From Fistulifera solaris (taxonomy: Eukaryota), in contig AP026158.1 of assembly GCA_030295235.1 (NCBI GenBank), positions 1 to 64,000 of the forward strand: DNA of 64,000 nt, written 5' to 3'. Below the pieces are notes generated by a model. That model did no database searches and was not told where the DNA came from. It saw only the letters and a program-made list of their open reading frames with translations. A program made the translations under genes and the position numbers. Shown one piece after another: positions 48,237-60,595 of the stretch. How positions within the stretch are numbered: the first letter of the stretch is position 1; the number at the start of each line of letters is the position of its first letter.

Positions 48237-48893
48237 TTAAAGCGCCCAGTCGGGGCTGCCCATGTCTTCACGCCCGCCCATGGTCACATCGATGCACTTG
48301 ATACCAGCACGGTTGGTATCAACAACACCGTAAACAGCCGCGTAACACTTCCAGTCGCTGGAGCTTTTGCGGATGGTCGCAGTCTCTTTGATCCGGCTTC
48401 CGTGGCTTTTCGGTCCCAGCCCGCCCAGTTCGGATCCAAGACATAGTTAGGATCGTCCGTCAAGAACAAGTCGGTGTCCGTTCCGGCAAAGTCGGACCAA
48501 GTGTTGCAGCAGCACTCGTTGCCTTTCATGGGGATCCAAAAGACACGCCATTCGCCTTCGGCATGATTGTAAGGACCGTACCAATCGCCTGTAGGAAGAA
48601 GAAAGTGATGAAAGATCAGTTCGAGCTTGAATCTTGCGCATATTCAACAGAATTTGTCAACACAACTCCAACGCACCTTCCCAGATCTCCAATTCTTCCA
48701 CTTCGGCAACATCGCCTCCATCGTGACCGTGGTCACCATGATCAGTGTGGTCACCGTGGTCTCCTTTGAAACCTTGCATCTGACGACTGAACAAAACAGG
48801 CGAAAGATCTTGATGTTGCGAAGAGAGCATGAAGGTCGCCATGCTTCCAAGTAGTAGCAAAGAGGCGGCGGCGAATGTCTTGTTAGAAATCAT
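48237..48893 (-). CDS. Small secreted/anchored protein with (G/T)DH His-rich tract and PPC-like domain
   Basis: Exon 1 ends WE-G; intron 48589-48676 (GTGCGT..CTACAG); exon 2 DWYGPY..CCCNTWSDFAGTDTDLFL..W..GS..(frameshift ~48385)..KCYAAVYG..IKC..PDWAL*. Confidence 0.65.
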
Positions 48894-50633
48894 TCTTTCG
48901 TTTGTTGAAGCAAAAAAATGGGCGTCAAGTTGAGAGACGAGAGATGATTATGCGACGAGAGGTGTACGGTGGATCTTTTCAGCTTCCGCCGAGGTTTCGA
49001 TGACCTTGTTCTTCAATTTTTCAATCCATGGGGGTCATAGATGTGCCGGGAATTGTCTATAAATGCATTCGTCGTGAAGTGTCTTCCTGGCAGCAATTTG
49101 TTAGGTGACATCGGAACTCTGGAAAACATGCGCGTGGTGCGCCTAAGCAGCTCTGCGCGGGAGTTCAAAAAAGACCGTTGATCCAGCGCCAGGCTTTCTG
49201 GAAAATTCTGACTATGACATTCACTGTGGCATTCAAGATTAGACAAGAATTGTACTTATCCGTTGGGGGATTGACTTTTTGTAATAAACCTCAAACGAAA
49301 TAGCCTCTTTGAAATAGACACGCGATAATCGGATCATTTTCATGTGTGCAGGCGTCATGCACTGGCGTCGAAAGTCGAAAGTGCAAACCCTAATTAGTGC
49401 GGAATGTTCCCCACCGGATCTTTTCGAGCGAATGCCGAATGCCGAATGCCGAACTCTCCTATCTGATACAAGGTACTTGTATCTGGATCCATGAATGTGC
49501 GTGCATCTTTTTCGCACCGTATCGACAAGCAATGATACCCGGCAATGATATCTCCGACATTGATCACTGCATTCAAAAGATGCCTCGCTTATTGGTAGAA
49601 AATCTTGAGGATCACTACCTGTATCATCTTCATGCACTCTACCTGGCAAACCGAAAGTGTCGAGGACTTTTTTGTCACGACTGCATTTCATGCGTTCAAT
49701 TTATGCTAACTAGGCTTACTTCTTTTGTTTAAAGCTATAACAGATCACAACCACGGTTTAGAGCCGCAAGATACAAGCAACTCCGCAGTTGTTACCGTCT
49801 TATGGTGCGGGGGAGCTGCTAATACAACTGATTTAGACAAGAAGGAATAAGACTCATATCCATGCATGAATATGTCTTTAAAACGTAATTTGAGCCCGTG
49901 CTTCCGCTCTGCTTACTTAGTAAACTAAAGATACTTCATTCGATATTCAATGCATACCCCGATGAAAATACTCGGATTTTCCTGTGAATCGTATTCGATG
50001 CTATTCGCTATCAAATAAAAGAGTTGGCGACCTTTTGTCACGACTGCTTTTCAGTCATGAACCCTAATTTTTCCAAACCAGAAGATAAGCTCTTTGTCCG
50101 TTAATCCATTTCTGTTGATCAAAAATGACTAAATTACCGAAAACCGTGTTGATGCATGTCTCGCGTATTCCGTTCGAAATTCCGGTGGATCCTTCTAATC
50201 CCAATGACCTATGGTCGAAGAGGTTGGGCGACCTTTTGTCACGACTGAGCCAGGCTTTGAGCCACTTTCGTCATTCTTTACAAAGGATGTAGTCAAATAA
50301 TGTTTCATTTATTACTAACCAAGATTGATCAATCTTTTTCATTGCGCTCCTCAATAGCCGTGCTCGAATATTTACTTGTATCCATGATAAAAGTCGTTCT
50401 CTTTTCTCATCCCTCATCATCTACTTGACCGTCCGTCGTACGACAATATTCAATGTATGTCGCCCGTCCATCACACCGTTTCTTCGAAAAAGATCCTTGG
50501 CTTGGCGTCCTCTCGCTTCTCGCTTGCACCGCAACCACGGCATGGCGGTCGGGAGCAACGAGAAGTAGTAAGAAAATAGAAACTAATATTACTCCTTGTT
50601 AACGTATTTCAAATTAAAAAGAAACTAAATAGT

Positions 50634-53004
50634 ATGCCAGGAAGAAGCAGCAACAATTTACGATCCTCAAAGTCCGGAAAACCAGAACACAAACAGTTAT
50701 TCAACAGTGTAAGTGATTGCGAGGGGCATTTTGCTTTTTTCGGTTGTGTGGGACTTTATCACTGTCGTTTGTACGTTAAACAAAAGATCTTTTCTGAAAC
50801 CCTTCCTTTTCTTACAAATAAAAGCTTAAAGGCGCTTGTCCCGAACATCGCGTCAAAGATTTAGAACAACTCGTTGCCGATTTGAAAGGAGATGAAGAAA
50901 AAATTCAGCAACAATTGGATATATGGTGGTCGGAACCCGTGAAACCTGTAGAAGAGGAATGGGCGAATGTCAATCGCACCAAAGCGGCTGCTAACTCGGC
51001 TCCCGCTCCGTTGCGAGGACGGGGAGGCGGCCGAGGTCGCGGTGGTGGACGCGAGACTAATAATAATGCAACTCCTTCAGCTGGTCGAGGAAGAAGTGAA
51101 GGTCGAGGAGGACGCGGAGGTAGAGGGAAATCTTCGGGACGCGAACCCGCGGTGGCAATGAATGCATCCAAAGCTCCAGAAGCGGCGGCTGCCCCAGAAA
51201 GTGCTCCTCCAGCCGATTCAAAGCCAGCTCTTCCGCCCAAGTCGAAAGATGGAGCTTGGGGAAAACCCAAACCAAAATCGGCGGCAAAAGAACCTGCTAC
51301 CACCCCTGTCCTACCAACACCTTCGGCGATTACTCCACCTGCACCTTCTCTACCGAAATCAGAACCAGCTCCGATATCTGTGGCGGTCGGAGGCCCTCCC
51401 GGAAATGTTTGGGCGACCAAAGGATCCGCACATTTGATTCGCTCTGTACAGGAAAAACCAAAGGCACCGAAACCAACACCTCCACCTAAGGCTCCGGAAC
51501 CGGATTTATCGGCACTGGAAGCCGCTACGGCAAGTCTTCAAGTCGATCCGATCATTCCTGCACCTCCAGCTACTTCGGAACCTCCCATGCCCTCTTCTCT
51601 TCCTGTCCCACCCAACGCTTGGACACAATCTCCTGCTGAACCCGCGGCTCCGCCCTCTCCTGTACGTACGGCTCCTCCTCCTCCCGTCGCTCAACCGAAA
51701 CAGCAGCGACCGAAGGAACGCACCAACGTACTGAATATGGGACATTGGGATACCGCCAACGATGACGATGATAACAATTTAGATTTCGGATTTGGCTCCT
51801 TTGTGGATGCCGATGTGCCGTCGTCGGCACCGAAAATGAACGCCGAAGCTGCAACAACGTCGGGACCTTCACCCGCGCGTCCTCCTCCAGGACTTTCGAT
51901 TGGTGGAATGCCACCCATGCCTCCCAATGCCATGCTCGCTCACGAATTGGAAGACAAGCTCGAAGAAGCCTCCTTGAATGCGGCCGCAGCAGCTGCCGCT
52001 GCCGCCGCGGCCAGTAGTGCCTCAGCTCCGGAAGTTCATTCGCATACCGAGAGCATCGATGTCAACGCTGCTGGCTCAATGGTTCCGGGCTCTATGCCTC
52101 CAGGTGTGTTTCACACACAAACAGGATACAGTCCTTACCCTGCCCCCGGCATGGGTGGCATGTACGACTACAATGCTGGCAATGCTTTTGTGCAAGATGG
52201 TGGCGCACCCGGATTGGGGCCCCCGAAGTCGCAGCCACTTCCGCCCAGTGGTCTGTACGGATCCCAACAACCAGCTCCGTCTTCTGGCAACAGTTCCACG
52301 GCGGCCAACTCGAACGGCAATGCCGGTCCGGGACCTCTCCAACCTCCGGGTATGCACAACATGTACGGCAACCCGGCGATGTACTACAATCAACACCACC
52401 AAGCTGCGTTCCATATGAATCAAGCGGCAGGTGGATTAGGTTACAACTATGGATATGGTGCGCAATTCGGAGGTGCTGCTGGATTTGGATACCCTCAAGC
52501 CATGGGACAGTCGGCGTCCGGATATCCCCTGTATGATGAAAGCGCCGGCGGTTCTTACCCGAAGTCGGGAGGAGGCTACCGTGGAAGAAACAATAACCAA
52601 TACGGCCAAGGTCAGAATCAACAGGCATCTTTACCGAACCAACAGCAGCAACAGCAACAACAGCAGTACAACCCGCAAGGTTACCAGCCCTACACCATGG
52701 GATATCCTCCCAACGATCATTTTGCACGTGGTGGATACGGTGGTATGCAGGATCCGTACGCAATGCAACAGCAACACGGTGGATATGGAGGCGGCTTCAA
52801 TCCGAATAACAACAACGAAGGAAACGATCAACAGCGAGGCAAAAGGGAGGAAACCGTGGCTTTAGCGGTCACCACCCCACTCAACAGTTTGGCCAGCCCT
52901 TGGGTGGATCGACTCAACCTGCTCCCAACAATTCGGGCGGTGCATGGCCCAACAATCAAGCATGGGGAGGTAGCGGAGCTCCGAGCTGGCAAGGTGCAAA
53001 GTAA
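50634..53004 (+). CDS. UBAP2/Lingerer/Def1-like protein (CUE/UBA-like, RGG, Pro-rich, FGxF, prion-like tail)
   Basis: Intron from 50709; helical domain ending QLDIWWSE..EEWANV; RGRGGGRGRGGG; NLDFGFGSF; Q/G/Y/N-rich C-terminus. A frameshift at ~52842 gives ...SWQGAK*. Confidence 0.65.
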
Positions 53005-54675
53005 AGGATTTAATGTTGAAACCTACCTTGCGTTGTATCGATCATTAATACTAAGCTAGGCTATATCAGTTTCTTATTTGATTATGCCAAGCCATTTCGA
53101 AGCGTTAAGTCTGCTTAAAATGCACAAAGCTTTACACTAGCTGATTTTGTATTGTCATCCTGCAGGTAGCGCAACCGTTCCAGTCCAGCTCGAAGACTGA
53201 GATATGTAAGGGTGAGTTTATTCTCTGCTTTCATGATTTCACCATCTTTATCCTCTATTTTTCATGTTGCGCATCGTGCTGCGTCTTGAAAATACAATTT
53301 ATAAACGACCTCAAAGGACCTAGAAACTCCCGCGTTAAAAGCGAATCCTTTGGTATCGTATCCACTTGTCGTTAACCGTCAATAGTCACTAGCGAATCAA
53401 ATCTAGGTTTTACGGTAGGTTCCTAGTTTGGTTCTTGGTTCCTGGTTTTTCGTTGCGATCTTGACTTTGAATGGCATTATAGGTTACTACCAGGTAGCCC
53501 CTTCAAGGGAATTTGTTTTTCGCCCTTCCCGCAAGGGGACAGCGTCACACCTGTGACCCAGACACCTGGAACCGACGTGACACACACAGTTTCTCACTTA
53601 GATGCGCATCGGTATTCAGTCTTTAAGTCAAATTAATCGTTACATCGTCACTAGTCACACCCGTTTTCACACCCTGTACGGACACCGCGCCTTTGTAAAC
53701 AGAGGACTTTGTACCCGATAATGGAGTAGACTAAAGTAATTTCTAATATGGAATGGCAATGGCCACTGTCTACTGTCTACTGCTGACTATATCGATGTTG
53801 GTGAAGATCGTTCCTCGTCGTTCCATGGAACATTGGATAAGGAATTAACAATCAACTAGTTTATCTTCTACGTCAAATAAACTTCATTCTATGTAATATT
53901 GTGAAGTAATTGCTGCTTTGTTACTCAGTGCGATTTGTAGACTATTTCTGGACACGAGATAAACCGGGAAAACCACCCACATGATCGTTAATAGTCACAC
54001 CCGTTTTATACTACCAGTAGTGCTCCAAAACTCGGCGTTCGGTGGTATATGTTCTCTGTTCTTCGTGTGACTGAGGAGTAATATGTGGCGGCCCGACTGT
54101 ATACTTATTTGTATGAGATGCAGCTGTTCGTTTTTGGTTTTCTGTCTTTTTATTCTTCTCTCCTATTACACGCAATACGCAAATAACTTTATTTTACAAA
54201 TTAAACACATATACTTCCTTCTTGGACTTTCGTCTTCTGGCTTTCAAACTTCGACTTCTGGGTACTGGGAAACAGTTCAAGGAATAAGGAATATCAAACT
54301 TCACTGAATTTCTAACAGTATAAGGAAGAGGAAGCGCGAAGCGTAAAGCGCACAACAAAGCTGAACAAAGCAACCCACTTGCGAATCGACGAAGAAACCG
54401 GACGGGGGCTGTTCGAAATAGGAAGTGGTCAGCTATCCGTTGTTGTCCAGTCCCAAGCGAGAACCTTGCTCAGCTGGAAGTTTGCAAAAAGTTCATATTG
54501 CGGAAAAGCCATTATAAAATTTGCGGAGGGTTCCAGCGGCATCAGTGTATCGACAAACATCTAAAACATCGGCAAATGGAGACAAGAATCTCATGCTATG
54601 GTAGGAGTACGATAAATGTTTCATCGAGGATCAAGCCCGACCTTACACGCTGTTATCTTTACAGAGTCAAAGAGC

Positions 54676-55759
54676 ATGAAGTCGGGAAAGCGACAACGGA
54701 GCAATGAAGAAGTAGAGGATACCAACATAAAGAAAGCTAGAGGTCTGGACGTGACGCCAGATGACAAAGAAGAAGAAACATTTCCATCAAAGGTGAGAAA
54801 TACGGTTTGCGTGCAACCAGTTTGCATAAATCATTCGTCTTCTCACCGTATCCACACACAAGTTGATGAACATACTCGACAACGATAGAAACTACATGTC
54901 CATCCGATGGTCACAAGATGGAATCGTTTTCGCTATCCAACAAGAGAGCTTTGAAGCTCGAATAATGGGCCAGCATTTCCCAAACGCCAGGTTTTCTAGT
55001 TTCGTACGGCGATTGAGCCGTTGGGGCTTTGAAAGATCGGTGCGAGCAGAGTTTTCAATGGACTGGATCGTGTATCGCCATCCTCTCTTTCAACGAGGAA
55101 AATCAAATCTCTTGAAAAATCTTACATCGGGACAAATGTACGACATCAATGGTTTGCAAGAAGAGACAGGCGATAGCATGACAAATGAAACTAAAACGAA
55201 TCTAGCGAATAGCCTTATTGCCTTGGGCTCGGAGTGTCGGGTTGCTTCACTCCCTCGTGACCATATCTCGCCTGCGCAGTGCGTAGCGGAGGAGTTTTGG
55301 CAGACAAAAATGGGCCACGTTCTGGGTACTGGAAACGATGAACCAAATCTAGATGTGTTACGATCTCAGAATAGAAATCCATTGAACGTACCACGTCAAG
55401 GTGGACATCCGAATACTCTGTTCGTTGACCATTCCAGCCTGGACAGCGTACTGAACGGCCCATCTGCCTCCCTGTCGTCGATCCACGACACAATACTGAA
55501 CAGATTCTCGAATGACCAAGTCGCACATTTGAATTCTCACATTGATAAGAGGCGATTGCTGGCCCTTCTGCAATCGTTGGATAGACCCATCACTGAAACC
55601 GTATTCTGTGCTCGGCCTGCAGTGAATCCGTTGATCCAGTCAATTCTCCTAGCCGCACTTGACTTGATTCAGCGCGGAAGACAATCTAGCCTGCCATACA
55701 GTCACCTTTCCGATGAAGAATTGATTCGTTACCTTCTTTTTACTCAGATTCGGCGCTGA
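54676..55759 (+). CDS. HSF DNA-binding domain protein 2
   Basis: Intron 54793-54862 gives FPSK|LMNILD..SIRWSQDGIVFAI..FPNARFSSFVRRLSRWGF..YRHPLFQRGK. Confidence 0.9.
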
Positions 55760-55889
55760 ATATGCCAAAGACGAGCGCATTGCGTTGTCCGGGGTCAAGA
55801 TAATCATCGAAATGTATCGTTACCCATACTTGTATTGATAGCACTGACATCTCTACAACTTGTCTTTTCATTCCTATAACCAATCGTTG

Positions 55890-57002
55890 CTACTTAAAGT
55901 CTTCCGTGTATCCCAGTGCTTGTATCAGTTTCTTGATTCGTCGAGCGTATTCGTTTGAAAAGTCTGACATGGTGAGAGTGACGTTCTGATTGATTTTGTA
56001 CTGCGTCGAGATCATGGGCTGCTGCAGCAGTTCGTTGTCACGACATTTTTGAGCGACTTGAGGAACCGTTGATGAATCATTGAGAAATCCCGCCAGGGCG
56101 GCGACTTGACATGGCGATGTTTCTTCCACACGGTACCAATGAACAATGTCCCCTCGTTGATGCGCCAGTAACATGGCTTGACTGTATTCCAACACGTAGT
56201 AAGCCACCCATTCAAGACACGTGTTGGGTTTTTGTTTGGAGGGAAATAAGGCCTCCACAAAAGTCACTAAAGACGGATGTACCGATTTGCCATTACAAAA
56301 TTTCGCCGTCAACGATTCCATCGTCCGCAGAGGATGTCGCACTTGCCACAAGGTGACCCTAAACGGTGTTTCGCAGTGATGATTCGGACGTTGCGTGCAA
56401 CCCCATTCGCGTTGCAGCACTTCAAAACAGGATTTCATCCAACACGCCGACCAAGTTTGCCACGAGGAACACGATTGCGCCGCATACATGCGGGGATGAA
56501 AGCCCATGTTTTGGGTAAAATTGACGCACAGGGGTGCCATCCGCTCAATCGAGGCGGGTGGAGACAGAAAACGGATGCCGTGAAACCACGAAACGGTTCC
56601 ATCCCGACAAAAGTACGACGTCGAGTCGGAAACTTCGTGCTGAACTTCCAACCCGAAGTGAGTCGATAGTTCGTGTGCGACTTGCGTCGTTCCGCTGCTC
56701 ATCGTTCCGACGATTAATACTTGTCGAGGTTCGGTGATCGCTAGAGCGGGTCGGAGAGTCGCGAACGGACTGAGCAATTCGGGGCGTTGCAGAAGGACGT
56801 AATGATACGCATGGTAAAGTAAGTAAGGAATCATAACATACGGCAGTACGACAATCAACGGATGTCCCCAGAAGATTTGCGAAAGCGTTTTTTCGTCTGT
56901 AGATTGCCGCGGTTCACTTGATGATGCGTTGTTGCGTATGGCGGTCGCTTCTGGCGGAGCCGTTTGTTTCTTGCCTCGACGCTGACGTGTTTTGCTACTC
57001 AT
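55890..57002 (-). CDS. Type II membrane P-loop/sulfotransferase-like protein
   Basis: One N-terminal TM helix; IVGTMSSGTT (5'-PSB-like); QVRHPLRTMESL (3'-PB-like RxP....S); YRVEE. Confidence 0.55.
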   Translation of the reverse strand: MSSKTRQRRGKKQTAPPEATAIRNNASSSEPRQSTDEKTLSQIFWGHPLIVVLPYVMIPYLLYHAYHYVLLQRPELLSPFATLRPALAITEPRQVLIVGTMSSGTTQVAHELSTHFGLEVQHEVSDSTSYFCRDGTVSWFHGIRFLSPPASIERMAPLCVNFTQNMGFHPRMYAAQSCSSWQTWSACWMKSCFEVLQREWGCTQRPNHHCETPFRVTLWQVRHPLRTMESLTAKFCNGKSVHPSLVTFVEALFPSKQKPNTCLEWVAYYVLEYSQAMLLAHQRGDIVHWYRVEETSPCQVAALAGFLNDSSTVPQVAQKCRDNELLQQPMISTQYKINQNVTLTMSDFSNEYARRIKKLIQALGYTEDFK

Positions 57003-57755
57003 TGATTATTTATTTAATAAAAAGAAAGGAATACACCTATAATAGTGTGTAAGGCTAACAAAATGATAAGACGAAGATCGTGTGATAGTTGCCTGTTTGA
57101 AATGGTGGCAGTGCGAAAGTTTATGCAAATGACGTATTTTTCATTACTGAAACCAGTCGTGATAAAAGGGAGTCTACATTTGAATCTATAGTTAAGACGA
57201 GAAACAACGGAAACGATTTTCATAACTAACTAAACGACAAAGACTGCAAAGGGTAGATGCAGAACTATTTCCGTTTTGCATGAAGCGACTGAGACCCACC
57301 GAAACTGCAACTAGCCTCGAAACTCAGCAACAGTCTCTCATTTTCAGGAATTTCTCCGATCATTCAGAGCCGAATCGTGGTCTTTTTCAACAATTCTTGT
57401 TTTCGCCATCGGCTGATGATGAACCGTCCCACATTATTATCCTGAAACAACTTTACGATAGTCGAGTGACTGTCTCATCATCGCTGGCATGAATGGAATA
57501 CCAGTATATTACACGAAACCACTTATCATTCGTGACGTAGTTCCTTCTACACCTTGGGATTATAGTCTAATGTGAATGTCGGGACAATTCAACGCAAATA
57601 ATTGAGAGATTTATCGCAAATACTAAATACTCTGCAATTGTTGGAGAATGTTCCATCTCAGCAAAAGTACGAACGTTATATAAATGCTCAGTGTGATAAG
57701 CACTTGATGCATTTTGTAGAAACGAATACCGAGACTTCTAGCGGCGAAATTTGAT

Positions 57756-60595
57756 CTAACGGCGCCTGCCCCTTTCACCATGAAGTGGTGGATCCATATA
57801 GTTTCCTCTACGTCGAGATCCATCACGCTGGGGTGGTAGCGGTGGTGGCGGACCGCGGCCCGTTCCTCCAGGCATGGGCCTGCCGTAATAGCCAGGATCT
57901 TCAAAAGGAGGATGTCCCATTCGGTCGTTCGAACGTACCAAGCCGCGCCGGTCAGGATCGGAAGAGCCTGGGCCGTAGTGACTATCAGGATTACGTGGAG
58001 GATCGCGAAATCGGTTTAGGTCTTCATCCCTTCTCGATCGGTTAGGATCATTGTCCCGGTCGCGTTCACGTCGACCATTATCCTGGCGCTCACGTTCGTA
58101 TCGTTCTCGTTGAATGTCTTTCGGTCTGGCCATGTCTCTTGAGCGATCCAAGTCATAAGGCCGGCCCAAGTCTCGTGGGCGGTCCATATCCCTCGCCCTG
58201 TCCATGTCATGGGGCCGGCCCAAGTCTCGTGGGCGGTCCATATCCCTCGCCCTGTCCATGTCATGGGGCCGGGCCAAGTCTCGTGAGCGGTCCATATCCC
58301 GTGCCCTGTCCATGTCATGGGGCCGGCCCAAGTCTCGTGGGCGGTCCATATCCCGTGCCCTGTCCATGTCATGAGGCCGCCCCATGTCTCGTGGGCGGTC
58401 CATATCCCGCGCCCTGTCTATGTCTCTGGGTCTATCCTTAAATCCAGGCCGGTCAGAGTCACGTGGGTGCTCCGTTTCCCTCGAGCGATCTATGTCATGT
58501 GGACGACGATCCATATCACGTGGTCGATTCATGTCTCTCGAACGATCCATATCACGCGGACGTTCCATGTCTCGTGGCGGTTCCATGTCTCTCAAGCGAT
58601 CCATACCACGACGACGATCCAAATCGCGTGGTCGGTCCATATCCCTCGAACGATCTATGTCATGTGGTCGGTCTTTGTCCCTTGGGCGATTTATATCGCG
58701 CGGTCTGTCCATCTCTCTCGAGCGATCTCCATCCCTCAATCGACCATAATCATTATCAACTGGTCGATCGATCTTGTAGTCCCTGCGTCGATCGCCTCGA
58801 TTCTTTCGCTTCTTCTTTCGACTGCCACTGCGTGATCGCGACACATCGTCTCCTTCGCGAGAGTTGCGACGACCATCGGAGTCTCGTTTTTGCTTTTTGT
58901 TTGTATGACTGTTTCCGTCCTCTTCCCCTTCTTCCTTATCCGAATTAAGCGGATCATGATGATTGCGCTGTTGCTTTTTCGACGACTTGTCGCGATTTCG
59001 TTTATTATTGCTATCCCGAGACAGATCCGTGTCGGAATGGCCGCGACTTTTCAATACGCTGGCATTCTTGATACCAGCATTACCATGCTTGCTTTTGAAA
59101 TTACTAGAGTTAGGAAGCGCCAATTCAACTGCGGAGATTGATTTCGATATTGGTTCTTTTTGTTGAAATCCTTCCTGCACCACGCGTTTCATCAGTGATT
59201 GATACACTCTGTCGAACTTAGCCTGCGCTTCGTCCGGAGTCCGTCCTTTCAACAGCGCTTCTTCTTTGGCCTGTTCTGCCGCTGCCTTGGCTTCCTTGCG
59301 TTTCTTTTTGGTTTGAAATTCATGAAAATGCACACCTTCATCTTCAAAGATGCGTCCTAATTGCGCTGGATCTTGGGGTGCAACTGGCTCCAACCAAAAG
59401 TACTTGTGCTGCAAGGCGTTTGCTGCCGAAACTCGTTTTCGTGGATCCCATTCGAGCATACGTTCTAGTAATGCCAAGGCAGATTCGGGTATTTTGCTTT
59501 CGTATTTGAGTTTGAGTCGATTCGGCAGGTGTTTTGGTACCGTCATTCCTGACGCGTTCCTTTTGGGGTCCTTTTTCAACTGATTTTGCATGTAATCCCA
59601 AGTATCGTCCGCTGGCGTCCCCATCATATTTAATATAAGTTGGAATTGATCCAGTTCTGTCTTTCCCGGAAACAGAGGTTTTCCTAAAAAAAGTTCGGCC
59701 AAAATACATCCGACCGACCAAATATCGACCGCTGGTCCATATTCTTGTGTACCGACAAGAATTTCGGGGGGCCTGTACCACAGCGTAATCACCTTGTTGG
59801 TCAGTAAGAGCGTGTCATTGCTGTTGCTGTTGGAAGATTTACCTCCGCCCAAAGACGACGACGATGATGATGACACGGACTGATAGATAGGCGGTTCGAT
59901 GGACCGCGCCAAGCCAAAATCCGCCAATTTCAATCGAAAATGATTGTCCAGCAAGATATTACTGCTCTTGATATCGCGATGAATGTACTTGTGTTGATGT
60001 AGATACGACAGGGCCTGCAGCAGTTGCTGTATGATGCATTTGATTTGTACCGACGTGAAAGGGTGACCAATATCCAGTAAACCCGATAAATCGTGTGGCA
60101 AATACTCCAACACCAAAAACAAGTTTCCCTTGTACTTTTCGCGAACATCAATTACCAACGGCTTGTCAGGCTTGGATGAAGAGGGCACGAGCGGTTCATC
60201 TTCGGGATCTAAATGCTCAACACCTTTACTGGTAACGACTTCGATTAAACGTAACAGATTCGGATGCTGCAAACGTTTCAATATTTTGATTTCTCGTATT
60301 TGTTGCAACGAGGTGCCCATGGTAGTTTGTGTATGCAGATGCGGACGTAACTTTTGAGAGCAACGACTTGCTGTGTATCTTTGCAATACGCGCTATACAC
60401 TTCTCCATACGTTCCTGAACCGATCTTGGACGTCAAATCGTAGTGTGCTAAGGTACGAGTCATTCGATTTCGATGATTCCAGAGGTTGTTGTCATCGTGT
60501 GATGTTGCCGTATCGGGTGTTATCGTATTATTGTGATGTAATTGACCGGAAGACGGCGGTTGGCCGCTTAAATTCGAAGGGTGATTGTAAGACAT
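57756..60595 (-). CDS. Cyclin-dependent kinase of the CDK12/13-CDKC (RNA Pol II CTD kinase) type with long R/D-rich tail
   Basis: IGSGTYGEVY, VALK (frameshift ~60353), IREIKIL, HRDIKSSNILL, DFGLAR, LTNKVITLWYRPPE, HEFQTKKKRK. ATG 60595. Confidence 0.9.
58136..58730 (-). repeat. Coding tandem repeat (18-bp units with a 54-bp higher-order unit) in the CDK tail
   Basis: Encodes RPRDMD-like hexamers; near-identical DMDRARDMDRPRDLGRPH units at ~58136-58420. Confidence 0.9.

Noticed and set aside
58016..58948. Several overlapping ORFs in other frames and strands
   Set aside because: By-products of the stop-poor tandem repeat in the CDK tail.
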